Of a stretch of 64,000 nt of DNA, positions 1 through 9,846 are shown one piece after another. How positions within the stretch are numbered: the first letter of the stretch is position 1; each line of letters begins with the position of its first letter. The position numbers and the translations under genes were made by a program. The DNA lies in the NCBI GenBank assembly GCA_043817155.1, contig JBDRHE010000072.1:1345-65344 (forward strand). Reading direction: 5' to 3'. The notes under the pieces are model-generated. The model worked only from the letters and a program-made list of their open reading frames with translations, searched no databases and was not told where the DNA came from. This stretch comes from Candidatus Omnitrophota bacterium (GTDB lineage: Bacteria; Omnitrophota; Gorgyraeia; JABMRN01; RBG-13-46-9).

Positions 1-1128
1 TTGAGGATAATGACCTATGACCTGGCGCGCGCCATATTCAGGGCAGCAAAAAAACTTAACGCAGGGGCCTTCATATTCGAAATAGCGAAATCGGAGATGG
101 GGTATACCGATCAGGCGCCGCAGGAATACGCAAGCATGTGTTTGGCCGCTGCTGTCAGCGAAGATTATTCCGGCCCGGTATTTATACAAGGCGATCACTT
201 CCAGCTTAAGGCCAAGAATTACAGCGAGAATCCTAAAAAAGAGTTAGAAGCAATGAAGCTATTAATAAGAGAGGCTGTGAGGTCCGGTTTTTATAATATC
301 GATATAGATTCCTCGACTCTCGTAGACCTCTCTAAGCCGACCGTTAAAGAACAGCAGCTCGATAACTATAAGGTGTGTGCCGAACTTACAAAGTTTATTC
401 GAAAGATCCAGCCGGGCGAACTGGATATATCTATAGGCGGAGAGATCGGAGAGGTCGGCAAGAAGAACTCAACACCTGAGGAACTTCGGGCGTTTATGCA
501 GGGCTATAAAGAATTGACAGGCAAAGGGCTCTCCGGCATCAGCAAGATCAGTATACAGACCGGCACATCCCACGGCGGTGTGGTACTACCGGATGGTACA
601 GTCGCAAAAGTAAAGGTGGATTTTGAGACATTAAAGAATCTATCCAGGTTGGCAAGGGACGAATTTGCCATGGCCGGAGCGGTTCAGCATGGGGCTTCTA
701 CTTTGCCTAACGATGCCTTTGGCAAGTTCGCCGAGGTCGAAACAGCGGAAGTGCATCTTGCGACGCAGTTTCAGAATATGACATATGACAGCAAGGCTTT
801 TCCCGAAGACCTGAAAGCCAAGATATATGATTGGATCAGATCGAATCTGTCCGGGGAAAGAAAAGACGGTCAGACAGAAGAGCAGTTCATATATACGACA
901 AGAAAGAAGGCCCTCGGAGTCTTCAAGAAGGATATTATTACTTTGCCGGCTGAAATAAAAGGGAAGATCGTAAGCGAGATCGAATCTGAATTCGCTTTTC
1001 TATTCGGAAAGCTCAACATAAAAGATACCAAAGATCTCTTATCAAAATGTCCCAAACCTAAAGCTGTTTCGCCTAACATAGAAAGCAAAGCAGTGGCAGT
1101 TGAGATGGATGGAGAGGGCGACGACTAA
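1..1128 (+). CDS. fba: Class II fructose-bisphosphate aldolase (5' part outside window)
   Basis: Metal-binding motifs QGDH, GEIGEVG, GTSHGG, VQHGAS; ORF open at window edge. Confidence 0.85.
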   Translation: MRIMTYDLARAIFRAAKKLNAGAFIFEIAKSEMGYTDQAPQEYASMCLAAAVSEDYSGPVFIQGDHFQLKAKNYSENPKKELEAMKLLIREAVRSGFYNIDIDSSTLVDLSKPTVKEQQLDNYKVCAELTKFIRKIQPGELDISIGGEIGEVGKKNSTPEELRAFMQGYKELTGKGLSGISKISIQTGTSHGGVVLPDGTVAKVKVDFETLKNLSRLARDEFAMAGAVQHGASTLPNDAFGKFAEVETAEVHLATQFQNMTYDSKAFPEDLKAKIYDWIRSNLSGERKDGQTEEQFIYTTRKKALGVFKKDIITLPAEIKGKIVSEIESEFAFLFGKLNIKDTKDLLSKCPKPKAVSPNIESKAVAVEMDGEGDD

Positions 1129-1135
1129 GAAACAG

Positions 1136-1248
1136 CCTCGTCTTTGCGAGGGACCGATAGATACTTAGCGTTCCGAAGCAATCTCAAACGAGCCTCGGAG
1201 AGATTGCTTCGGCACGCTCGAATATTACGGTGCCTCGCAAAGACGAGG
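1136..1248. repeat. Palindromic repeat family A (CGTC-tagged; GTCTTTGCGAG...GAAGCAATCTC / GAGATTGCTTC...CTCGCAAAGAC) between convergent genes
   Basis: Inverted arms; further copies at 9557, 34565 (half), 41314, 42849, 52432. Confidence 0.9.
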
Positions 1249-1281
1249 AAAGTGAAAAACTATCTCTGTCCCTATATCCCG

Positions 1282-2373
1282 TTAGAATTTCTTAAGCAGG
1301 TAAATCCCGAGCCCGCCAAAGATTATATTGCCGAACCACGCTCCCAGAGCCGGCGGCAGTATACCACCTTTTCCAAGAGCAAGTCCAAAGGCCATAACCG
1401 GTATGTAGAGTAGCGCTATAATTATGCCCTTGGCCATTCCAAGAAGGGCTCCGCCTCTTTGCGTAGAGAGGGTAAAAGGTGTGCTTATCAGGATAATTGC
1501 AATAGTGGCAAATGGGAATGATATTTTGTGATAAAGTTCTACGAGAAGCCTGGCATAGGTCTTTTTGCTGCCTGTCGCAAAAATATCGATGTAACTTTTG
1601 AGACGCCCATAGCTCATATATTCAGGTTTCCATTGGTTGTTTATAAAATCAGTGGGCGTTTCAACGATCGGTATGTCTCTTTCCTTTGATATAATAGGTT
1701 CTCCAATAAACTTACCGCTATTATCTATCTTGAAGATGACAACGTCTTTTCCGCGCCAGCGCTTATCGTCCGTCCAATGAATGGATTTTGCCGAGATCTT
1801 CATGATAAGGTCCTGGGCGGTGTCATGCTGGTGGATTATGATATCTTCCAGCACGCAATTCTTAATATCAAACTTTTTGGCAAATATGATCTTATTTCCG
1901 CGCCCGTATATTGCAACATTGTCGATCGTGACCGTTCCGCTCTTGCCGCGTTTGCCCGCATCAAGTTTTTCATAGCGGATCCTGTTCGCCTTTCTCATGG
2001 CGCCGGGCAACATCTTATCGCTCAGTAAAAATACTACTATGCTTATGACAAATCCTACAGCAAGTATGGGTTTTAAGATGCTCCATACACTTATACCGGT
2101 GGCCCTGAGAGCTGTGATTTCGCTGTGCCGGTTTAGATTGCCCAGAAGATAGACGTTTGCTATTAACGCGGATATGGGAATTATTTGTGTAAGAATAAAA
2201 GGCGTAAGATAAAAGTAAAATGCCACAAGGCTCGATGCAGGAATGCGTTCTTTCAGTATTTCATCGAGAAACCCGAATATATCGCCTATAACAAAGAGGA
2301 GCCATAGGAGCAGAACGCAGAATAGAAATGTAACGATAAAGCCTTTGAATATGTACTTATCTATTATTACCAT
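1282..2373 (-). CDS. lptG: LPS export ABC permease, LptF/LptG family (LptG)
   Basis: 3 TM + periplasmic domain + 3 TM; 'L.R.SEITALRATGIS' motif; downstream of lptF paralogue. Confidence 0.85.
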   Translation of the reverse strand: MVIIDKYIFKGFIVTFLFCVLLLWLLFVIGDIFGFLDEILKERIPASSLVAFYFYLTPFILTQIIPISALIANVYLLGNLNRHSEITALRATGISVWSILKPILAVGFVISIVVFLLSDKMLPGAMRKANRIRYEKLDAGKRGKSGTVTIDNVAIYGRGNKIIFAKKFDIKNCVLEDIIIHQHDTAQDLIMKISAKSIHWTDDKRWRGKDVVIFKIDNSGKFIGEPIISKERDIPIVETPTDFINNQWKPEYMSYGRLKSYIDIFATGSKKTYARLLVELYHKISFPFATIAIILISTPFTLSTQRGGALLGMAKGIIIALLYIPVMAFGLALGKGGILPPALGAWFGNIIFGGLGIYLLKKF

Positions 2374-2430
2374 CTTTGTGTTTTAAGTTCACTTTTGCAA
2401 GTGAGAAAGTGAAAAATTTGCAATCCACCG

Positions 2431-2545
2431 GCAATGAATTCCGCATAGCGGAATTCATTGCTTGGCGAGATGCTAAGCATCTCGCCAAAGGTGATATCTG
2501 TTTTTGATGGAGGAAGGCCCCGGACTTTAATCCGGGGGGCTCCAC
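2431..2545 (+). repeat. Repeat family C (~115 bp, three hairpins, ends CCGGACTTTAATCCGGGGGGCTCCAC)
   Basis: Near-identical copy at 27283-27393; partial copies at 11006-11061 (inverted) and 60491-60552. Confidence 0.9.
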
Positions 2546-2555
2546 TAAATTCCAA

Positions 2556-3650
2556 TTACTTCTTCGACATCCTTAAAAAGAGAAACATCCCGACCATGAA
2601 GAGTATTATATTCGCCATCCACACACCGGTCCAGGGCGGTACGATCTTGCGTATAGCGCAGGCTATGCCTCCCAGCATTATCCCCCAATAGACCAAAAAT
2701 AGAACCATTGTAAGCCCAAAATTTATAGATTTCTCTCTTCTGTGCATTTTGACGGCGATGGGTATGCCTATGAGGACAAATACAAAATTTGAAAATGCCA
2801 AAGCCAACTTATTGTGCAATTCTATATGGAGGGGTATTGTCTCTACGTTATCCCTTTCTAATTTTGTTATCTCTTGTTTTAATTCACTTATGCTCATTTC
2901 TCTTGGCTTTTTCCCCAGCTTCTCTATGTCCAGGGCATCTTTGAAATTCAGGGTCATATAATAGGTGCTGAATACCAGTTTATAGAAGTTGCTTGGGTCC
3001 TGGGGTAGACTCTCGTCGGCACTTCCGTTCTTTAGCTTAAGCTTTATTGCGTTCTGCTCCGGCATAGATATGATTTCGCCTTCTTCGGCAACTATGGTCC
3101 TGGTGGGCCTTCCTTCCTGCGGCTGGTATATTCGAATGTTTTTAAGTATATTCCCTTTTATATTGTAGACAAATATTATATAGTTCTCGAAGCCCTTTAT
3201 GAAGACACCCGGCTCTATCATCGCAATAGGGTTTCTTATGCCAATCTCCTTTATAAGTTTTCGCGCTGCAAACCCGGATTGCGGGAGAACCTTATCGTTT
3301 AGCGGGACGCAGGATAGGCTGAGTATGAATCCCGCGATAAGTACGGGTAGAGCGATCCTGTAGAGGCTAACACCGCTCGATTTTAACGCTATGATCTCAT
3401 TGTCACTTGAGAGCCTACCGAACGCCAAAAGCATAGATGAGAGAACGGAGATGGGTATAGTAAAGGTAAGGAGCCATGGCATCAAACAGAGGAAGAGTTT
3501 CATAACATACACGGGGCTCACACCTTTATTAATAATAAGATCGGCTATCTGGACAATGTTCCCTGTTGCAAGTATCATGGTAGATACAAGAAGCGACAGG
3601 AAAAAAGGCCCGACCAGTTCTTTAAGAACATAATTTCTTATTATGCGCAT
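2556..3650 (-). CDS. lptF: LPS export ABC permease LptF
   Basis: MRIIRNY start, 'GRLSSDNEIIALKSSGVS' motif; start placed at ATG 3650, downstream of a sigma70 promoter. Confidence 0.85.
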   Translation of the reverse strand: MRIIRNYVLKELVGPFFLSLLVSTMILATGNIVQIADLIINKGVSPVYVMKLFLCLMPWLLTFTIPISVLSSMLLAFGRLSSDNEIIALKSSGVSLYRIALPVLIAGFILSLSCVPLNDKVLPQSGFAARKLIKEIGIRNPIAMIEPGVFIKGFENYIIFVYNIKGNILKNIRIYQPQEGRPTRTIVAEEGEIISMPEQNAIKLKLKNGSADESLPQDPSNFYKLVFSTYYMTLNFKDALDIEKLGKKPREMSISELKQEITKLERDNVETIPLHIELHNKLALAFSNFVFVLIGIPIAVKMHRREKSINFGLTMVLFLVYWGIMLGGIACAIRKIVPPWTGVWMANIILFMVGMFLFLRMSKK

Positions 3651-3673
3651 CCGTTTAAGCCTCCAGGCACCCA

Positions 3674-3702
3674 ATATTAGCACTTATGTTCCCGTTTGTC
3701 AA
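3674..3702 (-). promoter_or_regulatory. sigma70 promoter of lptFG
   Basis: TTGACA-17 bp-TAATAT with extended -10 TG. Confidence 0.75.
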
Positions 3703-3825
3703 CCGGCCGGGCATTCCACCACACGGCTGAGATGAAAGAGATTATCGTGCAAGTAGCAGACACTTGATAAGTTTCTGCTACTGACCCTACCGGGGGTCAA
3801 TGCGTAGGGTGAAAGTTTTCTTTAA

Positions 3826-3882
3826 AAATCCCGTCCCGGGCTGGATTAAAGAGGTTTACCTAGACAGCCCGGGACGGGATTT
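3826..3882. repeat. Hairpin repeat family D (AATCCCGTCCCGGGCTG-loop-CAGCCCGGGACGGGATT)
   Basis: Perfect stem; loop nearly identical to copy at 35990-36044. Confidence 0.85.
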
Positions 3883-3907
3883 CTTCGCGCAGGATTTCTT
3901 TGCGTGG

Positions 3908-3935
3908 TTGACAATGAGCCCTACTGTGCTATAAT
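3908..3935 (+). promoter_or_regulatory. sigma70 promoter of metallophosphoesterase gene
   Basis: TTGACA-16 bp-TATAAT with extended TG. Confidence 0.75.
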
Positions 3936-3945
3936 CATGATACTT

Positions 3946-4899
3946 ATGAGGAAGAATAGGCTTTTGAAATGGGCATTGGTCGCCTTTATAGCGATAAACC
4001 TATACTCACTTATTCCTATAGTCAGATTCTATCTTACGAAACACCCCGCTACAAAAAAGCTCAATCAAGACGTGGTTTCCGGTTTTAGGGATAACAAGGA
4101 CCCTTATTTCAGCTTTATCGTGATGAGTGATACGGGTAGTGGCATCTTTCCTGCCGAAGCGGCGACTTTGAAACTGGTTAGAAGGATGAACAGGGAGGAT
4201 AGATTCAATAAGATCCCCATCGACTTTGTTGTAAATGCCGGGGACGTCACATTCAGGGGCAGGGAGTCGCATTATAAGAATTATCTCAAGATAAAGGAGA
4301 TGATCAAGTTCCCGGTTATAGACGGTATTGGGAACCACGATGATGACTTCGACAACGGCCCAAGGGGACTTGCTCTCTTTAACAAGTATTGCGGCGCGGA
4401 ACAATTCTCTTTTACCAACAGGAATTCATACTTCATCTTTCTGGACAATAAAGACGGTAATCTTACAGAGTCTCAATTCGCCTGGGTTGAGAGCGAGCTT
4501 CGCAAAGTCGGGGACTTTGAGCACACATTCATCTTCATGCATAAGCCCCCATTCAATCCCTACCAGCAGGCGTGGTATAGAGTTGAAACAAATCCCTGGA
4601 GTTATGCCTTTCTAAAATTGTGCGATAAATATAAGGTCGATATTGTATTTTCCGGACACGAAAATGTGGGCAGAGTGGTTAAATTCGGTTCTGTTACCTA
4701 CATGGTCTCCGGCGGGGGAGGCACGCTTCTTATCCAGCCGAGTTCCGAGGGTGGCTTTTTAAATTATATTGTAGTTAAGGTAAACGGAAAGTATTTGGAT
4801 CACGAGATACGTAAAGTTAATCCGCCTGTATGGGAATTTTTCACGTATTATATGTGGAAAGACATTATCTACTTTTTACAGGATCTTTTTTTAAACTAG
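3946..4899 (+). CDS. Membrane-anchored calcineurin-like metallophosphoesterase
   Basis: N-terminal TM; motifs SDTG, AGD, GNHD, FMH, SGHE; start (3937 or 3946) uncertain. Confidence 0.8.
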   Translation: MRKNRLLKWALVAFIAINLYSLIPIVRFYLTKHPATKKLNQDVVSGFRDNKDPYFSFIVMSDTGSGIFPAEAATLKLVRRMNREDRFNKIPIDFVVNAGDVTFRGRESHYKNYLKIKEMIKFPVIDGIGNHDDDFDNGPRGLALFNKYCGAEQFSFTNRNSYFIFLDNKDGNLTESQFAWVESELRKVGDFEHTFIFMHKPPFNPYQQAWYRVETNPWSYAFLKLCDKYKVDIVFSGHENVGRVVKFGSVTYMVSGGGGTLLIQPSSEGGFLNYIVVKVNGKYLDHEIRKVNPPVWEFFTYYMWKDIIYFLQDLFLN

Positions 4900-5635
4900 A
4901 ACTGTTCAGCATGCCTCTCGCCAGAGTGAGTGAGAAGACATTTTTGGCTTTTGCGTTTACCAGTGTTCTGGCGCATTCATCTATCGTTGCTCCCGTAGTG
5001 TAAACATCGTCGATAAGAAGTACGTTCTGTCTGATAAAACGATTCTTGTCTACGACCAAAAAGGTACCGCTGACATTCTTAAGCCTCTTCTCTCTGCCGA
5101 GCTCACTTTGCGACTGACTCCATTTCAGTTTCTTAAGGTTCTTTGCATCTATCGGTATCAAGAGTCTCTTAGATAGCGAGCGCGCAAGGACCTCTGCATG
5201 ATTATAAGTTCGCTCTCTCTTCTTTGTCGGATACGACGGTACCGGTACGATGAGATCTATCTTTTCGCCCGCGAGATTCTTCCTTGCAAAATCTGTCATG
5301 ATATCACCGAATATGTCGGCCATTCCTATATAGCCACTGTATTTGAATAGGTGTATGCACTCTTTTATCGTGTCCATATAATAGCAGCAAGACCACGCCT
5401 TTTTGACAAGAAAGTCTCTTCCCAGGCATTCGGCGCAAAGCGTACCGCTCTCTGCAATATGCTTACCGCATCCATGGCAGAAGGGCCCCGGTATATACAA
5501 GATCTTTTGCAGACACTCCCGGCACAGCCCGTACTTGCTTTTACAGCTTTCGCCGCATACATAGCAGATTGGCGGCATAAGTATGTCGATGGCCGCCTTT
5601 AAGATCGATTTTGTCTTTTTTAGTATAGTAAACAT
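4865..5635 (-). CDS. comF: ComF family protein (double zinc ribbon + PRTase domain)
   Basis: Four CxxC pairs, FKY, RTYNHAE, LIDDVYTTGAT; start may be 5635 or 5740. Confidence 0.85.
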   Translation of the reverse strand: MFTILKKTKSILKAAIDILMPPICYVCGESCKSKYGLCRECLQKILYIPGPFCHGCGKHIAESGTLCAECLGRDFLVKKAWSCCYYMDTIKECIHLFKYSGYIGMADIFGDIMTDFARKNLAGEKIDLIVPVPSYPTKKRERTYNHAEVLARSLSKRLLIPIDAKNLKKLKWSQSQSELGREKRLKNVSGTFLVVDKNRFIRQNVLLIDDVYTTGATIDECARTLVNAKAKNVFSLTLARGMLNSSSLKKDPVKSR

Positions 5636-5768
5636 TTTATCTAATCCGCCACCGTCCGCCGCTTTCAGCAGCGAGACTTCGACGCGATTTCCGCCGAAGC
5701 CCCGGCTTCGCCGAGAGGCGAGCGAAAAAATAAATTCCATAAATGTAAGACAAGGTAGCTACAAAAAT

Positions 5769-5797
5769 ATCTTAGCACTCTAACTTCCGGTTGTCAA
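5769..5797 (-). promoter_or_regulatory. sigma70 promoter of comF
   Basis: TTGACA-17 bp-TAAGAT with extended TG. Confidence 0.65.
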
Positions 5798-5907
5798 CTG
5801 TCCCATTCTTCTTACGTAGTGCGTATAGCGTATTGCGTGCTGCGTTTTTCGAATCATTCTTTGCGTCCTTTGCGGTGATTTCGCGCTTTTGCGTTAAAAA
5901 AAAGGGC

Positions 5908-5936
5908 TTGATTAAACCTGGGGCTTGTGTTATATT
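5908..5936 (+). promoter_or_regulatory. sigma70 promoter of small basic protein
   Basis: TTGATT-17 bp-TATATT with extended TG. Confidence 0.6.
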
Positions 5937-5974
5937 GTGTTTCGAAAAACACGTTAACTTCAAGGAGTAGAAAT

Positions 5975-6115
5975 ATGGGCATAAAAAAGAGAACAGAGAT
6001 TAAATTTAAGCAGAAGATCAAGCGAAAGAAGAGAAGAGCGGGTCTCTCCAAAAAAGGCAAGAACCCGGACGAACATTTCTATAGCGGGATCAACGTATCG
6101 AAGCGGCTGAAGTAA
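5975..6115 (+). CDS. Small (46 aa) Lys/Arg-rich hypothetical protein
   Basis: AAGGAG RBS 8 nt before ATG; own promoter; MGIKKRTEIKFKQKIKRKKRR... Confidence 0.7.
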   Translation: MGIKKRTEIKFKQKIKRKKRRAGLSKKGKNPDEHFYSGINVSKRLK

Positions 6116-6208
6116 CCTCCTCTTATTGGGCATGCAGTAAGACCCGCTATTTAGCATAAGAGACATTATTCAAAGTACCCGCATTCTGCACCCAAAAGGT
6201 ATACCAAG

Positions 6209-7339
6209 TTGAATCAAGAAAAACCCCTCTCCAGCATCTTTACAATAATCCGCGTCATCTTTTTCCTATATGTATTTTTAATCAGCATAAGCCTTATGAG
6301 TCACGCCTTTAAGGCATTCGGCAAAGGTTTTGCTGAGCAGCTTATCACTACGACATCCAATCCATTTGTAGGCCTCTTTATCGGCATTCTTGCTACGAGC
6401 CTTATACAGAGCTCTTCTACCACGACATCTATGGTTGTAGCTTTCGTCGCGTCCGGCGTTCTTTCAGTACGGGGCGCCGTTCCAATTATAATGGGAGCCA
6501 ATATAGGAACGACCGTTACAAATACGCTTGTTGCGCTGGGTCACATTGCAAGGAGAGAGGAGTTCAAGAAGGCGTTTAGCGGTTCAACCATGCACGACTT
6601 CTTTAATATATTTACGGTTATTATCCTCTTTCCCATTGAGATGTCTACCAGGTTCCTTGAGAGGAGCGGCATGTTTCTTTCAGATCTTTTTCAAAACATG
6701 GGAGGCGTAAAGTTTACAAGTCCTATAAAGGTTATCGTGAATCCCGCCGTTCATCTGATCGATGGTTTGGTTGGGAATCTTTTTCACGCGTCGAAGAATG
6801 TTTCCGGCATAATCATGCTTGTCCTGTCTGTAGTGATGCTTTTCGTAGCCCTCTTTTTTATAGTTAAGATCATGCGATCATTGGCCGCCAGGAAGGCCGA
6901 TATGGTATTCAACAAAGTTATAGGTAAGAACGTCATGCTATCGATGTTTATGGGTATGCTATTTACCGCGGTAGTGCAGAGCAGCTCAATAACGACCTCG
7001 ATACTTGTGCCACTGGTAGCGGCAGGGGTCCTTTCGCTTGAGCAGTCCTTTCCGATAGTTCTCGGCGCCAATGTCGGGACGACGATTACGGCCATCCTTG
7101 CTTCCTTAACTGGAAATATAACAGGTATAACGGTTGCCTTTGTCCACCTGATGTTCAATGTTACGGGAATTATTATAATATATCCGATCAAGCAGATAAG
7201 AAGGATCCCGATTAATGCCGCACGCCTTCTGGCCGCAAAATGTTCACAGCGCAGGCGATGGGCCTTTGTATATGTTATAGGCATGTTCTACTTTCTGCCT
7301 ATAATGATGATACTGATGTCGAGACTATTTAAAAAATAG
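6209..7339 (+). CDS. Na+/phosphate cotransporter (NptA/PNaS family)
   Basis: Duplicated QSSS and GANIGT/GANVGT motifs. Confidence 0.9.
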   Translation: MNQEKPLSSIFTIIRVIFFLYVFLISISLMSHAFKAFGKGFAEQLITTTSNPFVGLFIGILATSLIQSSSTTTSMVVAFVASGVLSVRGAVPIIMGANIGTTVTNTLVALGHIARREEFKKAFSGSTMHDFFNIFTVIILFPIEMSTRFLERSGMFLSDLFQNMGGVKFTSPIKVIVNPAVHLIDGLVGNLFHASKNVSGIIMLVLSVVMLFVALFFIVKIMRSLAARKADMVFNKVIGKNVMLSMFMGMLFTAVVQSSSITTSILVPLVAAGVLSLEQSFPIVLGANVGTTITAILASLTGNITGITVAFVHLMFNVTGIIIIYPIKQIRRIPINAARLLAAKCSQRRRWAFVYVIGMFYFLPIMMILMSRLFKK

Positions 7340-7351
7340 GAGGGGTGCCAT

Positions 7352-8032
7352 ATGTTCAAGAACTTGATATCGTTCTGGAAAGGGAAAGAGTTCTTAACTG
7401 AAGTTTTGCAAGAATTCAAAGAGATGCTGGATGACACTAAGTACATGTTCGAATCTGTCTGCGCCGCCCTAAAAGCAGGCAAGATAGACCAGGCTCTCGA
7501 GAGCCGCATATACCAGATAGATAAGAAGGTAAACAGCCTTGAAAGGGAGATAAGAAAGAGAATAGTAGAACATCTCTCGATCCAACCCAGCGTAGACGTT
7601 CCGGTCTCTCTTGTGCTTATGAGCGTGGTTAAGGACGCTGAAAGGGTTGGTGATTATTGCAAAAATATACTCGAGATCGTAGGGCTTCTTAGCGCACCCT
7701 TAGATAAGAAGAGGTTTAATGAACTCTTCGATGATATCGATAATCGGATACTGGAAGAATTTGAGAAGACCCAGAAGGCGTTTATGGAATCCGACGAAGA
7801 GGTCGCAAAAGAGATACTGGGTCTTGAGAGAGTGATCGTGAAAGATTGCGATGAGATAGTAAAGAAGATAGCGATGAGCAGCCTTGCCACGAATGAGGCC
7901 GTATGCCTGGCCCTTCTTGCGAGATACTTTAAGCGGGTATCCGCTCACCTTGCGAATATAGGCTCTTCAGTCGCGCTTCCTATAAGCGATCTGGACTTTT
8001 TCGACGAGAAACTAAGACGCGAAAAGAAGTAA
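7352..8032 (+). CDS. PhoU domain protein
   Basis: D..VN.LEREIR and ERVGDYCKNI motifs; follows Na/Pi transporter. Confidence 0.85.
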   Translation: MFKNLISFWKGKEFLTEVLQEFKEMLDDTKYMFESVCAALKAGKIDQALESRIYQIDKKVNSLEREIRKRIVEHLSIQPSVDVPVSLVLMSVVKDAERVGDYCKNILEIVGLLSAPLDKKRFNELFDDIDNRILEEFEKTQKAFMESDEEVAKEILGLERVIVKDCDEIVKKIAMSSLATNEAVCLALLARYFKRVSAHLANIGSSVALPISDLDFFDEKLRREKK

Positions 8033-8076
8033 TTTCGCAAAAACGCGAAGAGTTCGTACGTAAATCACCTACCGAC

Positions 8077-8105
8077 TTGATTTATCCCATTCTATTGTAT
8101 ATATT
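8077..8105 (+). promoter_or_regulatory. Possible sigma70 promoter of glgC
   Basis: TTGATT-17 bp-TATATT. Confidence 0.5.
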
Positions 8106-8110
8106 TGTTA

Positions 8111-8210
8111 AATGAGACCATGAGTTACGACAACCTTTCAGGGTTGGCGTAACTCATATGGTCGAATTTATCCTGAGGCGCCGGAGGAGCCGAAGGATCT
8201 ATATCTCATT
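8111..8210. repeat. Composite of family G hairpin (AATGAGACC-tagged) and family F (TCCTGAGG...GAAGGATCT)
   Basis: Same G+F arrangement at 34376-34464; G-type hairpins also at 22110 and 30760. Confidence 0.75.
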
Positions 8211-8227
8211 AAATACAGGTAATATAT

Positions 8228-9484
8228 ATGAAGAATGTAGCATGCGTAATAATGGGCGGAGGAAGAGGCACCAGGCTTTATCCCCTTACCAAAGAGAGGG
8301 CTAAACCCGCTGTCCCCGTAGCAGGCAAATACCGCCTGATAGATATACCCATCTCGAATTGCATAAATTCCGGGTTTAATAAGATCTACGTCCTTACTCA
8401 ATTCAATTCCGAATCGCTCAATAAACACATAGCCAGGACCTATGCCCTCGATGCTTTTTCAGCCGGCTTCGTAGAGATCATGGCAGCGGAACAGACGATG
8501 GATAACGCCGAGTGGTTTCAAGGCACAGCCGACGCCGTAAGGCAGTGCTTAAAACACATCACAGAACTTTTTATTAAGTATGTAATTATTCTCTCCGGCG
8601 ATCAGCTCTATAAGATGGACCTCAATGAGATGTTGAGTTTTCACAAGAGAGAGCAAGCCGATGTTACATTGGCTTGCAACCCGGTATTCGGTGCAAAGAA
8701 TATTGATGAATTTGGCATATTGAAACTTGGCGAGGGCAGCAGGGTAGTGAATCTTTTCGAAAAATCCAAGGATCCCACGCAGCTAAAAGAGGCGGCCATC
8801 AGGATAGACGACAAAGAGGCGCTTCTGGTATCCATGGGTATATACATCTTTAACAAAGAGGTGCTGATCGAACTTTTAAAAGATAACAGCAAGGTGGATT
8901 TCGCAAAGGAGATCATACCCGACTCCTTTGCCCGCAAAGTAACAAAGGCCTATATTTATAAGGGATACTGGCGCGACATAGGTTCCATAAAGAACTTTTA
9001 TGATGAAAATCTTGTGCTTACAGAGCCAATACCTCCCATAAACTTCTTCGATGAGAGCTGGCCGACATTTACAAGGCCCAGATACCTTCCGCCGTCAAAG
9101 ATAAGCGATAGCAGGATATCGAGATCCGTTTTTTCGGAGGGGTGCATAATTCAGTCGGCTACTATAAAGCATTCCGTGATTGGGTTAAGGAGCAGGATCG
9201 AGGAGAAGTCACTGGTAGAAGATTCCATCATCATGGGATGCGATTACTACGAGTCCCTGGACGATATAATGAAAGCCAGAAAAGAGGGCCGTCCCTATAT
9301 GGGGATCGGGATGAATTGCGTTATAAAAAAAGCGATACTGGATAAGAACGTCAAGATCGGGGATAATTCGAGGATCGTAAATGAAAAGAAAGTAAAAGAG
9401 TTCGAGGGAGAGAATTACTCCATAAAAGACGGCATAGTGATTGTCCATAAGAACGCCACTCTGGCACCGGGGACCGTGATCTAA
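8228..9484 (+). CDS. glgC: Glucose-1-phosphate adenylyltransferase
   Basis: GGGRGTRLYPLT..RAKPAVP, WFQGTADAV, SMGIY, YWRDIG. Confidence 0.95.
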   Translation: MKNVACVIMGGGRGTRLYPLTKERAKPAVPVAGKYRLIDIPISNCINSGFNKIYVLTQFNSESLNKHIARTYALDAFSAGFVEIMAAEQTMDNAEWFQGTADAVRQCLKHITELFIKYVIILSGDQLYKMDLNEMLSFHKREQADVTLACNPVFGAKNIDEFGILKLGEGSRVVNLFEKSKDPTQLKEAAIRIDDKEALLVSMGIYIFNKEVLIELLKDNSKVDFAKEIIPDSFARKVTKAYIYKGYWRDIGSIKNFYDENLVLTEPIPPINFFDESWPTFTRPRYLPPSKISDSRISRSVFSEGCIIQSATIKHSVIGLRSRIEEKSLVEDSIIMGCDYYESLDDIMKARKEGRPYMGIGMNCVIKKAILDKNVKIGDNSRIVNEKKVKEFEGENYSIKDGIVIVHKNATLAPGTVI

Positions 9485-9556
9485 TATACAGGTGAGCATA
9501 GATGGGATACGCAGATGGGCGCAGATGGAAGACACAGATTGGCACAGATAAATAAC

Positions 9557-9802
9557 TCGTCTTTGCGAGGTGCCGTAAAGAGCTAGCGCACCGAAACCCC
9601 GCCGCATGCTTCGCATTGCGGGATCCCGCCATACGAAAGTAACGGCGGGACAATCTCTTACTTAACGGTTTGTCATCCCCGCGAAAGCGGGGATCCAGAG
9701 TAGCCTCGTAGAGAGTCTATCCATGGATTCCCGCTTGCGCGGGAATGACAGAGAAGAGATTGCTTCGGCACGTTCGAATATTCCGGTGCCTCGCAAAGAC
9801 GA
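9557..9802. repeat. Nested repeat: family A containing a CCCGCC..GGCGGG double hairpin and a family B doublet (9671-9750)
   Basis: A arms interrupted by two other repeat types. Confidence 0.9.
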
Positions 9803-9846
9803 AGTGTAGCTTGTATGCCAATCTGTATTTTTAATAAATTAATCGT

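Noticed and set aside
1144-1413. Short ORFs such as 1144-1413, 2357-2555, 9673-9861, 29763-29954, 40846-41454, 52273-52653
   Set aside because: They are translations of palindromic repeats or antisense shadows, without RBS or protein motifs
3705-3815. Possible riboswitch or 6S RNA upstream of lptF
   Set aside because: Lies upstream of both divergent promoters, matches no consensus I recognise, and is explained by GTAG-type hairpins
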